Shown in pieces: positions 48,577 through 59,610 of a stretch of DNA of 64,000 nucleotides. The position numbers were made by a program, and so were the translations under genes. The stretch is taken from positions 896,001 through 960,000 of the forward strand of contig CBDHDF010000010.1 in the NCBI GenBank assembly GCA_965261545.1. The letters run 5' to 3'. This stretch comes from Bdellovibrionales bacterium. Its GTDB lineage: Bacteria > Bdellovibrionota > Bdellovibrionia > Bdellovibrionales > UBA1609. The notes under the pieces are model-generated. The model ran no database searches, had not been told where the DNA came from, and worked only from the letters and a program-made list of their open reading frames with translations. Position 1 is the stretch's first letter, and each line of letters begins with the position of its first letter.

Positions 48577-49707
48577 ATGAACATAGTGAGAAATAATAAA
48601 ATGGGAAATAATAAAATGAAAACCACCAATAGGGGAATTCCTAGACAGGTGAACTGTCATTGGCACAGGAGGGTGCAGATATTTACCCACGGAGTCATGC
48701 GCTTAAGGTTCATAGCCACTCATTGTTGCTATGGACTTATTTTGAGTGTCTCGTCGACTTTTCTTAGTGCCCCTTGGGTTTGGGCCTATGACCCTAACCA
48801 TGCAGGGACCCAGATGGTGGCAGATGAAAAGCCACGTCAACTTAAGGGAGTGGGTGTCACAAAGCGCTTGGGAGAGTTTATTGATCTTCAACTCCGCTTC
48901 CGCAGTGACAGTGGGCAGATGGTTTCCCTTGAGAACATCTTCCAAGGTACCTTTTCAGATGTTTCTACAGGCACTCCCCCAGACACCCTCTCCCCAGAGG
49001 TCTCCAAAGGCATCCTTACAAACACTCCCTCCTCAAAGGTCTCCAAAAGTCTCTCCCCAAAGACCTTTCCTGGTCGTCCTCCCATGCCTGTGTTAATGAC
49101 CATGGTTTATTACAATTGCCCAAGCCTTTGTAACTACCACCTCAATGGCCTCAACAGTGTTTTTAAAAAAATGAACTGGATTCCTGGCAAAGATTTTAGA
49201 TTTGTGGCGATCAGTATGGATCACAGGGAAGATTCAAAGCTGGCATCTATGAAAAAAGCCAATTACATCAAAAATCTAGGGCCAAGGGGGCAGGGTGTGG
49301 AGAGAGGGTGGCATTTTCTCACGGGCAGCGAACAAAATATAAAAACCCTAGCTAACCAGTTGGGCTTTGGCTTTCGTTGGGATCCCAAACGCCAAGAGTA
49401 TGCTCACCCTGCGGTGGCCTATATCATAACCCCCCAGGGTAAAATTGCACAATATCTTCACGGTATTCAGTTTGATGCCAAAACATTGCGTCTTGCTTTA
49501 GTAGAGTCCTCCAAGGGGCAGGTCGGAACATGGGTCGATCAAGTTCTTCTTTTTTGTTATCGCTTTGATCCCTCAAAAAATGAATACACACTGGCAGCTT
49601 ATAATATTATGCGTCTCGGCGGATTGTTAACAGTGATCATTTTAGGAATTATTCTAGTGCCTTTGTGGCTGCGAGGGTTCAACTCTCGGCCGATGAAGGG
49701 GGTGTAA
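48577..49707 (+). CDS. SCO family copper chaperone
   Basis: CPSLC (CxxxC), WHFLTG, YAHPA; C-terminal TM segment. Confidence 0.88.
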   Translation: MNIVRNNKMGNNKMKTTNRGIPRQVNCHWHRRVQIFTHGVMRLRFIATHCCYGLILSVSSTFLSAPWVWAYDPNHAGTQMVADEKPRQLKGVGVTKRLGEFIDLQLRFRSDSGQMVSLENIFQGTFSDVSTGTPPDTLSPEVSKGILTNTPSSKVSKSLSPKTFPGRPPMPVLMTMVYYNCPSLCNYHLNGLNSVFKKMNWIPGKDFRFVAISMDHREDSKLASMKKANYIKNLGPRGQGVERGWHFLTGSEQNIKTLANQLGFGFRWDPKRQEYAHPAVAYIITPQGKIAQYLHGIQFDAKTLRLALVESSKGQVGTWVDQVLLFCYRFDPSKNEYTLAAYNIMRLGGLLTVIILGIILVPLWLRGFNSRPMKGV

Positions 49708-49708
49708 G

Positions 49709-50722
49709 ATGAAGGTGAAAGTGAAGAAATTAAGTCCATTGCTACTATTGAGCTTATTGAGCCCTCTGCTATTGTTGATGATGAGCCCTTTTGCCCACGC
49801 CGATTATGCTATGCCTCCCCAAGCGTCCAGCTTCGCAGCTTCTGTAGACGCTCTTTATGGTTTTTTACTTTATACAAGCCTTATCTCTTGTGTTCTCGTC
49901 ATTGGGGGGTTCACCTACTTTGCTATTAAATATCGTAGAAAAACAGCCTCAGATAAAACGGCTTATATTGCTCACAATGCTGTTTTGGAATTTCTATGGA
50001 GCTTTATTCCCTTTGTAATTTTCATGGTTGTCTTTGTTTGGGGATGGGTCGTTTATAATCAGATGCGTAGTATGCCAAAAAATGCCCTTGAGGTCCATGT
50101 GGTAGGTCAAAAGTGGAACTGGAACTTCCTTTACAAAAGTGGTAGAAAATCGGGAGGAGAACTTGTCGTTCCGGTGAACACTCCCGTCAAACTCATTATG
50201 AATTCAAAAGATGTATTGCACAGTCTTTATATACCTGCTTTTCGAGTGAAACAAGATGTGATTCCCGGCCGTTATACGGCCCTGTGGTTTGAAGCTACAA
50301 AAATGGGAACTTTTCAGATTTTTTGTGCGGAATACTGTGGAGATCAACACTCAAGTATGTTGGCAAAGGTCAAGGTCGTTTCTCTGAGCCATTATGAAAA
50401 CTGGCTTGCCAATGATCCTTATAAGGGTCTTAGTCTTGTGGAAGTGGGGAAAAAAATCTTTCAAACCAACTGCACAGCTTGCCATATGACAACCCAAAAT
50501 AAACTTATTGGTCCTGGCCTGGGAGGTGTGTTTGGGCGAACACAGAGCTTTGAGGATGGTAGCTCCTTGAGGATCGATGAAAATTACCTGCGAGAGTCCA
50601 TTCTTCGACCTGAATCTAAGGTTGTAAAGGGATATAAGGGAGTGGTTATGACCTCCTTTCAAGGCCAACTCAATGAGGATGAACTCAAAGGAGTTATTGA
50701 GTATTTAAAGAGCTTGAAATAG
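49709..50722 (+). CDS. coxB: Cytochrome c oxidase subunit II with fused cytochrome c (caa3)
   Basis: DVLHS, CAEYCGDQHSSM (CuA site), CTACH. Confidence 0.95.
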   Translation: MKVKVKKLSPLLLLSLLSPLLLLMMSPFAHADYAMPPQASSFAASVDALYGFLLYTSLISCVLVIGGFTYFAIKYRRKTASDKTAYIAHNAVLEFLWSFIPFVIFMVVFVWGWVVYNQMRSMPKNALEVHVVGQKWNWNFLYKSGRKSGGELVVPVNTPVKLIMNSKDVLHSLYIPAFRVKQDVIPGRYTALWFEATKMGTFQIFCAEYCGDQHSSMLAKVKVVSLSHYENWLANDPYKGLSLVEVGKKIFQTNCTACHMTTQNKLIGPGLGGVFGRTQSFEDGSSLRIDENYLRESILRPESKVVKGYKGVVMTSFQGQLNEDELKGVIEYLKSLK

Positions 50723-50821
50723 AGCAAGCAGAGTAGGTGGAGTAGGTAAATAGAGCGAGCAGAGTAGAGAAAACAGAGTAAGGTAATAAGAGCGAGCAGA
50801 ATACGAGCATAGGAGAAAGTC

Positions 50822-52405
50822 ATGTCGACAACGACGGGTCATAACTATATTAATCACGAAAAAGGGCTGTGGTCTTGGCTGACCACCTTGGATCACAAGA
50901 GAATTGGCCTTCTCTACATGATAACTGTTCTGACGTTTTTTTTCATAGGTGGTATTTTTGCCATGCTCATTCGTGCAGAGCTTTTTTCTCCTGGGCCTAC
51001 TCTTATGGATGGTGCCACTTACAACCAAATTATGACATTCCATGGGGCCATCATGGTTTTTATGGTCATTATTCCTGGTATTCCAGCTTTTCTTGGCAAT
51101 ATGATATTGCCTCTGCACTTGGGAGCAAAGGATGTGGCCTTCCCTAGATTGAATTTGCTCAGTTGGTACTGCTTGGTCATTGGAGCTATCATTGCCTTTG
51201 CCTCTCTTCTTGCCAGCGGGTCAGATACAGGCTGGACTTTTTACACTCCTTACAGCATCGACACCAGTGGAGGGACCCTTTACATGGTTCTTGGAGCTTT
51301 TGTCATGGGTTTTTCCTCCATTCTTACAGGACTTAACTTCATTGTGACCACTCACACGCTGCGAGCCCCAGGCATGACATTTTTTAAAATGCCCCTCTTT
51401 GTTTGGGCTCTTTATTCTACGGCCATTATTCAAGTTCTCGCCACTCCAGTTCTCGCCATCACTTTGTTGTTACTTGCCATGGAGAGGATCATGGGGATTG
51501 GCTTTTTTGATGCTGATTTGGGCGGAGACCCCGTGTTGTTTCAGCATTTTTTTTGGTTTTACTCCCACCCAGCCGTTTATATTATGATCCTTCCCGCCAT
51601 GGGCATTGTCAGTGAACTAATCACAACTTTTTCTAGAAAGGTGATCTTTGGCTACAGAGCCATTGCCTTTTCTAGTGTGGGCATTGCAGCGGTGAGCTTT
51701 TTTGTTTGGGGTCACCACATGTTTGTCAGTGGTCAATCTTATTTGGCGAGTATGATTTTTTCTTTCATCACGATGCTTGTGGGTGTACCCACCGCCATTA
51801 AAACTTTTAATTGGGTCGCCACCATGTATAAGGGATCTATTCAGTTTCAGTCTCCCATGTTATTTGCCCTTGGTTTTCTTTTTCTTTTCACCATAGGTGG
51901 TGTGACGGGAATTATGTTGGCTGTGGTGGGTGTGGATGTTCATTTTCACGACACCTATTTTGTAGTGGCTCACTTTCATTATGTCATGGTCGGAGGGACC
52001 CTTATGGCCATTATGGGAGGAATATATTACTGGTTTCCAAAAATGTTTGGGAAAATGTACAACGAATTGGCTGCCCAATGGAGCTTTGCCTTTATTTTTA
52101 TTGGATTTAACGTGACTTTTTTTCCCCAATTTATCCTAGGTTCCATGGGAATGCCTCGAAGATATTTCGACTACCTCCCCGCCTATGAGTCCCTCAATAA
52201 GATATCTTCCCTAGGGGCTTGGACCATTGGGGTAGGTTTTCTCATTGGCCTTTATGTGATTATTCACGGATTGATGAAAGGTGAAAAAGCCCCGAGCAAT
52301 CCATGGGGGAGCAAAACACTGGAGTGGCAAACCTCCTCTCCACCTCCCCATGAGAATTTTGACAAAGAACCCATCGTCACAGGAGGCCCCTATGAGTACT
52401 GCTAG
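50822..52405 (+). CDS. coxA: Cytochrome c oxidase subunit I, A2 type
   Basis: [20 protein letters not shown] (YS motif of A2 type), [13 protein letters not shown]. Confidence 0.96.
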   Translation: MSTTTGHNYINHEKGLWSWLTTLDHKRIGLLYMITVLTFFFIGGIFAMLIRAELFSPGPTLMDGATYNQIMTFHGAIMVFMVIIPGIPAFLGNMILPLHLGAKDVAFPRLNLLSWYCLVIGAIIAFASLLASGSDTGWTFYTPYSIDTSGGTLYMVLGAFVMGFSSILTGLNFIVTTHTLRAPGMTFFKMPLFVWALYSTAIIQVLATPVLAITLLLLAMERIMGIGFFDADLGGDPVLFQHFFWFYSHPAVYIMILPAMGIVSELITTFSRKVIFGYRAIAFSSVGIAAVSFFVWGHHMFVSGQSYLASMIFSFITMLVGVPTAIKTFNWVATMYKGSIQFQSPMLFALGFLFLFTIGGVTGIMLAVVGVDVHFHDTYFVVAHFHYVMVGGTLMAIMGGIYYWFPKMFGKMYNELAAQWSFAFIFIGFNVTFFPQFILGSMGMPRRYFDYLPAYESLNKISSLGAWTIGVGFLIGLYVIIHGLMKGEKAPSNPWGSKTLEWQTSSPPPHENFDKEPIVTGGPYEYC

Positions 52406-53138
52406 CTCTCCAACCTCTGACTCTCCAGCTACCACTGCTAGCGCTAGCTCTTCCGTGGCAGCCAGTGCCACGGCTGCCAAGGTGTCATCTTCTAAAATGT
52501 CACCCAAGAGAAAGCGTAAGCCCGCCCATCATTTTAAGAATGCTCAGCATGAGTTCGATGCAAGCATGTTGGGTGTGTGGTTGTTTCTTTGCACAGAGAT
52601 ATTGATGTTTGGAGGTTTGTTTGTGGCCTATGCTATTTTTAACAACCTCTACCCCGAAGCCTTTGCTGAGGGAGCTTCCCATTTGGACTGGCGAATGGGA
52701 GCTGTCAACACAGTTATTCTTCTTGTAAGTTCCTTCACAATGGCCATGGGGATTTACTATGCACAGAGGGCAAAAAATCGCAAATGTGTGCAAATGCTAG
52801 CCCTAACCCTTCTTTGTGGGCTTGGGTTTATGGTGGTCAAATACTTTGAGTATACCCACAAGATTCATATTGGCTTAGTCCCTGGGGATCTCTTTAGCTT
52901 CACAGGTGGTGAGTCTCAGCACCTTGCTCTTTATTTCTCCCTTTATTTTTGCATGACGGGCCTTCATGGCACCCATGTTCTTGCGGGAATGGGTTTGATT
53001 TTATGGGTCTTATTGAGAGCCCGAAAAAATGAATTCAGTAGTGATTACTACACCCCCGTGGAAGGAGTGGGCCTTTTTTGGCATTTGGTGGACTTAATAT
53101 GGATTTACTTGTTTCCCTTGCTCTACTTGGTGGGCTAG
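52392..53138 (+). CDS. coxC: Cytochrome c oxidase subunit III
   Basis: [32 protein letters not shown] 52392 follows AGGAGG. Confidence 0.93.
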   Translation: MSTASSPTSDSPATTASASSSVAASATAAKVSSSKMSPKRKRKPAHHFKNAQHEFDASMLGVWLFLCTEILMFGGLFVAYAIFNNLYPEAFAEGASHLDWRMGAVNTVILLVSSFTMAMGIYYAQRAKNRKCVQMLALTLLCGLGFMVVKYFEYTHKIHIGLVPGDLFSFTGGESQHLALYFSLYFCMTGLHGTHVLAGMGLILWVLLRARKNEFSSDYYTPVEGVGLFWHLVDLIWIYLFPLLYLVG

Positions 53139-53179
53139 GGTGCCTTAATTAAAGTCACAAATAGGAATAGGAGAAAGAC

Positions 53180-53494
53180 ATGAGTGAAGGACACCATTTC
53201 TTACCAGCAAAGATTTACATAAATGCTATTATAGCTCTTCTTATACTCACCGTAATCACTGTGGGGGTAGCGAAGCCTGTTTCTGGCTTTGATGCTGGTA
53301 TTTTCAATGCCCTTATTGCCATGCTCATTGCCACAATCAAAGCGACCATTGTTCTCGCCTTTTTTATGCAGCTTAAGTATACAAATAAGCTCTTTTTAGT
53401 GATTATACTCACTGGGGTCTTTTTTCTATTTCTTATGTTTGGCTTTAGTTATTTAGATATTGCTTCAAGAGCTTTTCAACCGAGTACACTTTGA
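53180..53494 (+). CDS. coxD: Cytochrome c oxidase subunit IV
   Basis: IATIKATIVLAFFMQLKY; operon position. Confidence 0.85.
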   Translation: MSEGHHFLPAKIYINAIIALLILTVITVGVAKPVSGFDAGIFNALIAMLIATIKATIVLAFFMQLKYTNKLFLVIILTGVFFLFLMFGFSYLDIASRAFQPSTL

Positions 53495-53510
53495 AATCAT
53501 CGAGTCCATT

Positions 53511-54383
53511 GTGAAATCATTTTTTGAATTGACCAAATTTGGAATTTGCCTCTTTGTACTTTTAAGTGCTCTGGCGGGCTTTTGTGTGAGCTTTCCCGTG
53601 GGTGAAGCTCTTGAGTTTTGGAAGCCCCTTCTCCTTGTGGCTGGCATTTATCTCGTGAGTGCCGGGAGCTTTGCCATCAATCAAGCCCAAGAATGGAAGA
53701 TTGACCGGTTCATGCCACGCACTCAGAGTCGCCCCGTTGTTTCAGGTATTTACTCCCCCACACAAGCCTATCTCATAGGTTTCATCATGGTGCTAGCTGG
53801 ACTCCTTGCCCTTGTGCTTCTTCATAGTTTCACTGCTCTCCTCGCCCTGATCACAGTTCTTCTCTACAATGGTTGTTACACTCTGATTTGGAAGAAGAAG
53901 TGGGCCTTTGGGGCCGTTCCTGGGGCCATTCCTGGGGCTATGCCTGTGGTCATTGGTTATTCGGTCAATGTAGGAACTGCCATTTTTTCACCTGAAAGCA
54001 TTTATTTGTTTGCCATTATGTTTTTGTGGCAAATGCCCCACTTTTGGTGCTTGGCCATTCGCTTTAAAGAAGACTATCAAAAGGGAGGAATTCCTGTTCT
54101 TCCCCTTCAAATTGGAGATACGCAAACAACCTATCACATTGGTTTGTACACTATTGTGTACATAGGCTTAGCCCTTGCGGCTCCCCTTTTTACAAAAGCT
54201 CACTTTCTTCACCTGTTTGTAGTGATTCCTCTGGCTCTTAAAATTATTTTTGAATTTATGAAGTTTTACCGTGGAGACCCAAAAAAACAATGGCTTCCTT
54301 TTTTTCTTTGGGTGAACTTAAGTGTGATTGTGTTTCTCATGGTCCCAGCCATTGAAAAATGGATATTTTATCGCTGGGTATGA
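53511..54383 (+). CDS. ctaB: Protoheme IX farnesyltransferase
   Basis: ELTK, IDRFMPRTQSRP, GAIPGAMP, WQMPHFW. Confidence 0.93.
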   Translation: MKSFFELTKFGICLFVLLSALAGFCVSFPVGEALEFWKPLLLVAGIYLVSAGSFAINQAQEWKIDRFMPRTQSRPVVSGIYSPTQAYLIGFIMVLAGLLALVLLHSFTALLALITVLLYNGCYTLIWKKKWAFGAVPGAIPGAMPVVIGYSVNVGTAIFSPESIYLFAIMFLWQMPHFWCLAIRFKEDYQKGGIPVLPLQIGDTQTTYHIGLYTIVYIGLALAAPLFTKAHFLHLFVVIPLALKIIFEFMKFYRGDPKKQWLPFFLWVNLSVIVFLMVPAIEKWIFYRWV

Positions 54384-54389
54384 TGGTGA

Positions 54390-55283
54390 TTGTGGCGGTT
54401 GATGATATTGAGGCGAGGTTTCTTTTTTCTCAGTATAGGTCTTTTGATTGTTATCGCTCTAGGTGTTTTGACCCGTGCCATGAATGCCGGCCTTGCTTGC
54501 CCCGACTGGCCCCTGTGTTTTGGTGATCTCATTCCAGATTATCACCCTCAAGTGTATTTGGAATTTATTCATCGCGCCGCTGCGGGAGTCATGGGCCTTG
54601 TTCTTATGGCTCTTTGTGGAAAAGTGGCCATTTCTAAAGATTTGACAAAGGCACAACGTGGTGTGGCCCTCGCCGCTTTCCCTTTATTATTTCTACAGGT
54701 TTTTTTAGGTTGGAGAACAGTCGCCGACCTATTGGAAGAAAAAACAGTGACGGGGCACCTTATATTTGGCTTTTCTCTTTTTGTTATCTCCACTTGGCTT
54801 CACCAAAGTTTTCAATATCCCCCCAAAAACAACAAATCTAAAAAAAACAACAGAAAAACTGCCATCTCAAAAGGTTTGAACTTATTTCTCCATACTATTT
54901 TGATCGCCATTGTTGTCCAAGTGGTGCTGGGGGCTTTGGTGGCCTCCCACTATGCCGCTGTGGTTTGCACGGATTTTCCTCTTTGTGGAGGTGAGTTTAT
55001 TCCCACCCTTCATGGAATTGTGGGTCTTCATATCCTCCATCGTCTTGGAGCTTACACGGTGGGAACCTTGGTGTTGGTCCTTTTTGTGATAATGCGAAAA
55101 TGGCCTTCCTCTCCTCTTAAGTTGTGGACCCATCGTCTGTCTTTTCTCGTTTTTGTCCAGTTTATCGTGGGTATCTCAAACATTATTTTTTATCGCCCTC
55201 CCCTTATCACAGTGATCCACTCTGTGATTGCGGTTCTTATTGTTATGAGCATGGTTCGAATTCTTTGTGCAAAGAAGGTGTGA
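54390..55283 (+). CDS. ctaA: Heme A synthase (COX15/CtaA)
   Basis: AGLACPDWPLC, EFIHR, CTDFPLC, HILHR. Confidence 0.9.
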   Translation: MWRLMILRRGFFFLSIGLLIVIALGVLTRAMNAGLACPDWPLCFGDLIPDYHPQVYLEFIHRAAAGVMGLVLMALCGKVAISKDLTKAQRGVALAAFPLLFLQVFLGWRTVADLLEEKTVTGHLIFGFSLFVISTWLHQSFQYPPKNNKSKKNNRKTAISKGLNLFLHTILIAIVVQVVLGALVASHYAAVVCTDFPLCGGEFIPTLHGIVGLHILHRLGAYTVGTLVLVLFVIMRKWPSSPLKLWTHRLSFLVFVQFIVGISNIIFYRPPLITVIHSVIAVLIVMSMVRILCAKKV

Positions 55284-55324
55284 TTCATTAAAGAAGGTCT
55301 AATCCATTAAAGAGCCTGTTTTCC

Positions 55325-56437
55325 TCATTCCACAAATTCATTCCACAAAGTCTTAACGGAAGAGAGCACACGATCACTGGAAACATCTTTCATGCACCGA
55401 TGATGCCCCTTAGGACATACTTCGGAGCCTTGAGTGCTACAAGGACGGCAGATCAAAGGGATACCTATCACCTCTGAGGAAGATTTAAAAGGGGAGAAAC
55501 CAAATTCTGGAACTGTGGGGCCAAAAATAGCCGTGACAGGGACCTGTAAAGCCGCTGCCATATGCATAAGACCTGAGTCATTGCTAACAAGTCCACGGCA
55601 TTGACTTAACAAAGCTGCAGTATCCATGAGGGATAACTGTCCCACACTATTTAAAACAGGGACTTGGAGCCTCAATTGACGATACAACTCCTCGGCCAGT
55701 GGCACTTCGTCCTGACTCCCGAAAATAACAATAGAGGCTTGTTTCTGCTCCGCCATTTTCTGAGCCACAGAGACAAAGCCCTCCACAGGCCACTGCTTTG
55801 TCGCCCAGCGAGCCCCAGGAGCCAAAGCGAGGAAAGAGGGAGAAGGGACACTCCCCCTAGGGGAAATGTTTTTCTTAGAAGAAAGATTTTTCTTAGAAGA
55901 AAGGTTCTCTTCAATATAGACTTTCATCGCTTCACGACGACCGGGCTCAAGATGCATTTCAAGCCCAGACAAGGGGGCCGTGATCCCCAGTCGCCGAAGG
56001 GGGGCTGCGTATAACTCGGGCACAGAAGTTTTCTTTTGCAAAGTATTCCACCCACAGTGGACAAGCATAGACCGTCGCAAGATACGTTTATTGTAAACCA
56101 ATTTATAACGAGCTTTGGAAGCCTGTAAAAGTAAGAGGCTTCTCAACTTACAATGAAGATCCAGAACCATATCATAGGATTGTTGACGCACCTGATGAGA
56201 CATGTCACTCATGGGCTGATCTGGTTTAAAGGTCAATAGTTGGGAAATATCGGGATGGGCACGAAGTAGATCCCGATACTGATATTTTATGAGGACATCT
56301 ATTTGAGCCTGGGGACAAGCATTGCGCAACAAACGCAAAATAGGAGTGATGAGTAAAATATCCCCCAAGGAACTCAGACGTATCACAAGAATGCGCTGGA
56401 GTTTCTTAAAATCTATGGAGCGAGAAACGATAGACAT
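55325..56437 (-). CDS. GT9 glycosyltransferase (LPS heptosyltransferase-like)
   Basis: IRLSSLGDILL, APGARWATKQWP, NDSGLMHMAAAL, FGPT. Confidence 0.9.
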   Translation of the reverse strand: MSIVSRSIDFKKLQRILVIRLSSLGDILLITPILRLLRNACPQAQIDVLIKYQYRDLLRAHPDISQLLTFKPDQPMSDMSHQVRQQSYDMVLDLHCKLRSLLLLQASKARYKLVYNKRILRRSMLVHCGWNTLQKKTSVPELYAAPLRRLGITAPLSGLEMHLEPGRREAMKVYIEENLSSKKNLSSKKNISPRGSVPSPSFLALAPGARWATKQWPVEGFVSVAQKMAEQKQASIVIFGSQDEVPLAEELYRQLRLQVPVLNSVGQLSLMDTAALLSQCRGLVSNDSGLMHMAAALQVPVTAIFGPTVPEFGFSPFKSSSEVIGIPLICRPCSTQGSEVCPKGHHRCMKDVSSDRVLSSVKTLWNEFVE

Positions 56438-56495
56438 AGAATGTTATGACATGGCAAAACGCTCTTTTCAAGTTCTATTCGTATTCGACCGTTGT

Positions 56496-57065
56496 TCAAT
56501 CTGCGACAGCGACCACAGACTTGATTTCGGGAATCAGTTTGCACATACGCACCTCAACACCATCCTTCAAGGTCACCATGGCACTAGGACACCCCGAACA
56601 AGCTCCCCGCATTTGAAGATAAAGAATATTGTCTTCATATTTGTGAAACTGAATATCTCCTCCGTCCATGGCCACCACAGGTCGAATTTCTGAATTTAAA
56701 ATTTCTTTGATTCTCTTCACAACGGGGGAGTCCCCCTCATTAATTTCTGTTGTGGAAGATTTTGAAACCATATCTTCCATCTGAACAACAATGGGAAGAC
56801 CTTGATTTAAGTGCTCTCCAAGAAGGTGGGCCAAGGGGTCAGCAATAGTTTCCCAATCCACCCAGTCCTGCTTGGTGATGGTCACAAAGTCTTGACCAAT
56901 AAAAACACCAGACACCCACGGAAAACCAAAAATCTTTTGAGCCAAAGGAGAGTGCTGAGATGCCATAGGATCATCAAATTGAAGGTTTTCTTGGCTTATC
57001 TGGCAGCCCATATTAAATTTCATTGTTTGGGGATTGGGGGTGGCTTCATAGTGGACTTGGGTCAT
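56496..57065 (-). CDS. NifU/Nfu family Fe-S cluster protein
   Basis: TPNPQTMKF, IRPVVAMDGGDI, GACSGCPS. Confidence 0.92.
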   Translation of the reverse strand: MTQVHYEATPNPQTMKFNMGCQISQENLQFDDPMASQHSPLAQKIFGFPWVSGVFIGQDFVTITKQDWVDWETIADPLAHLLGEHLNQGLPIVVQMEDMVSKSSTTEINEGDSPVVKRIKEILNSEIRPVVAMDGGDIQFHKYEDNILYLQMRGACSGCPSAMVTLKDGVEVRMCKLIPEIKSVVAVAD

Positions 57066-57106
57066 AAAAGTTGCTCCTGGATCATAAGAGTTGCTCCACC
57101 ATCATA

Positions 57107-57181
57107 CACATACCTCACCTTTATATATACCTTATACCTTACCTTTATATATATCTTAACCTTTATATATATCTTACCTTT
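57107..57181. repeat. AT-rich 18-bp tandem repeat (ACCTTTATATATATCTTA)
   Basis: Two exact copies at 57141-57176 plus degenerate copies, in the divergent promoter region. Confidence 0.75.
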
Positions 57182-57183
57182 GA

Positions 57184-58170
57184 ATGGATTATGAGGATTT
57201 TCTTTCAGTTTGTGCTTTTTGCTCACCATCAAGGTATTCTTCAATTATGCCCTTACTTCTTAGCCCCTCATTTTTTTTGCCTTTTTTGCCTTCTTTGCTT
57301 TTTCACAATTTCATTCTTGTCACTCTTATAACAACACTCATGGAACTGTTTCTAAGCACTCAAAGTGTCCATGCTCAAATGAGCCGCAATTTCAACTCTG
57401 ATACACAGCCTCGCTATGAGTTGGGAATGGGGACCATTGGTCTTCACCTACCGGACTACCCTGGAGCCAACCAAAGCCAATGGCGACTCATTCCCTTTCC
57501 ATGGTTTGTCTATCGAGGAGATCACCTGAAACGAGACGATGAGGGCAGTCGGTGGCAGTTATGGCACTCAAAGCATCACGAGTTGAGCCTAGCTCCCTAT
57601 TTTCACTTTCCCGTGGAGTCAACAAAGGACTCCCCACGCCACGGAATGCCTGACCTCGACTACCTCATAGGGGTGGGGCCACGAATGCTCTCTCGCCTTA
57701 TTCCCAATCATCACTTGCACCGCCTCAACTTTGTGACCTCCTTGGTAGGGGTGTCTTCCACAGATTTTCACCGTCGATTCCAAACCCAGGGCTTGGATTT
57801 TCAAACAAGTTTAGACTATTGGTATCTATGGCCCCATACAGATACAACCCTCTTTTCTAGTTTCAGTTTGAGATTTGGCTCTCGAAATCTAAATCGCTAT
57901 TTCTATGAAGTTCGCCCCATTCATGCGACTCCCCAACGACCGGTCTACAAAGCCCGCAGCGGCCTTGTTTCATCATCTCTATCCTTGGGCATAGGAAACA
58001 ATTTCATCGACAATATATTTGTCTTCATGAGTGGATCCTGGCGAAACTTTGAGTTCGCAAGCAACAAGAAAAGTTCCCTTGTCAAGTCCTCTAACAATGT
58101 TGGCGTGGTTCTTGGGGTTATATGGACCTTTTGGGAGTCCCACGCCACAGTTCAAAGAATACAAGAATGA
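57184..58170 (+). CDS. MipA/OmpV family outer membrane protein (start uncertain)
   Basis: ELGMG...PDYPGA, PWFVYRG, RHGMPDLD, YFYEV, YKARSG. Confidence 0.8.
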   Translation: MDYEDFLSVCAFCSPSRYSSIMPLLLSPSFFLPFLPSLLFHNFILVTLITTLMELFLSTQSVHAQMSRNFNSDTQPRYELGMGTIGLHLPDYPGANQSQWRLIPFPWFVYRGDHLKRDDEGSRWQLWHSKHHELSLAPYFHFPVESTKDSPRHGMPDLDYLIGVGPRMLSRLIPNHHLHRLNFVTSLVGVSSTDFHRRFQTQGLDFQTSLDYWYLWPHTDTTLFSSFSLRFGSRNLNRYFYEVRPIHATPQRPVYKARSGLVSSSLSLGIGNNFIDNIFVFMSGSWRNFEFASNKKSSLVKSSNNVGVVLGVIWTFWESHATVQRIQE

Positions 58171-58476
58171 AAGAATGCATAGCCATGAAAAAGTGCATGT
58201 CTCCTTGACGATGAATCTATTTGCATTCTGCTTCTAGTCTATAACTCTCATGGGACCACTCTGCTGGCTCAAAACAAGACTTTCCTACAAGTCTCCGCAA
58301 ATATGTCCGATAAGAATGATGTCCAGTAAAGTGAAGCGAAAGTAACAAATTCACTCCAAAATCACTGTACCTAGGTAGTTTCTGTCCGAAAATGGCTTTT
58401 TTGGGCTCATTGCTCATTAGTAGGCAAAAAGGGTCAAGGAACTAGGTAGATGTAGGAGCCACTGAAAGGGAGACAT

Positions 58477-59118
58477 ATGTCTGTATCCAAATGGGCCATT
58501 GAGGGGACCAGTGCCCTTCTTCAGGCTGTCAAAATCAAGGACTCCTATACTTTTTATCACTGCTGTCGAGTGGGGCGGCAGGCTCGATTATTGGCTCGGT
58601 CTATGGGTCTAGGGGAACATGAGCAAACCATTCTGGAGTTTGCTGGACTCTTTCATGACATAGGGAAAATAGGAATTCCAGATAACATCCTACAAAAACC
58701 AGGCCGCCTGAACGAAGAGGAAATGGCACTCATAAAAAACCACCCTGAAATGAGTGCTAACATTATCAAAAAATTTACCAGTGAAGAGTTTTTTAAACTT
58801 CTCTTACCTGGCGTCAGTTGTCACCACGAAAGATATGACGGAAATGGCTACCCCTATAAAATCGAAGGAGACAATATCCCCCTCTCAGCAAGAATCATTG
58901 CTGTGGTGGATGCCGTGGATGCCATGACACACACACGAGCCTACCGCAAAACACCCCTATCTATGAACATGGCCAAAAAAGAACTTATCGAATGCTCTGG
59001 AACCCAGTTTGACAAACATGTTGTAAAAATCTATTTAAACGCCAGCAGGTTTTACGAATCCTCAGATCAACAAGACGAAAATGAAGTTATTATTGAAGAA
59101 ATACTAAAAGCCGCATAA
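58477..59118 (+). CDS. HD-GYP phosphodiesterase
   Basis: HDIGKIG, HHERYDGNGYP, VDAVDAM, RAYR, GTQFD. Confidence 0.93.
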   Translation: MSVSKWAIEGTSALLQAVKIKDSYTFYHCCRVGRQARLLARSMGLGEHEQTILEFAGLFHDIGKIGIPDNILQKPGRLNEEEMALIKNHPEMSANIIKKFTSEEFFKLLLPGVSCHHERYDGNGYPYKIEGDNIPLSARIIAVVDAVDAMTHTRAYRKTPLSMNMAKKELIECSGTQFDKHVVKIYLNASRFYESSDQQDENEVIIEEILKAA

Positions 59119-59610
59119 ACCACAATGGCCAGCCGACAATGCGACCCATTCAAATATTACCAGTAACTGCTCACTCCTTGGCGATCTATTTGTTACCTGC
59201 GGCGGTGGCTCCTTTCAACGTACCCAAAGTACGCCTCCAGTCGCCGCCACCTTGGTGCCTCGTAACTCAAAAAAAAATCTTTCCACAGCCCTTTTTCTGC
59301 CCAGCGATTGAATTGGTGCTGGCTTCGCCAGGTTGGATGCGCTTGGCTAAAATGAGGACACGCCCTAGTCAACTTATCAATTTTATTTGATTCTTTATCG
59401 ACTGTTTTCTCAAGACTTTTTATTTTCTCATTATGAACAGAGATATCTATGGAAAGAAAATCTTTTACTTTTTTGGGAGAGCCTTGATTTCGTCTTCAGA
59501 AAGCCCTGTTGCTTCGGCTATCTCCAAAACCTCCTGTCCTTTTAAAATCATCTTTAAAGCAATGGCCTCTCTCTCTCTTTCCTTCGCCCTTTTTCAAGCC
59601 CCTCTTCATG

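Noticed and set aside
48025..55283. Oxidase cluster as a novel system
   Set aside because: It is an ordinary cyt c-SCO-coxBACD-ctaB-ctaA arrangement.
58477..59118. HD-GYP as a cGAMP-specific partner of the Hypr cyclase
   Set aside because: It has the canonical RxxR (RAYR) rather than the RxxQ/N variants I recall for cGAMP-selective enzymes (PmxA, Bd2325), and it lies 52 kb away.
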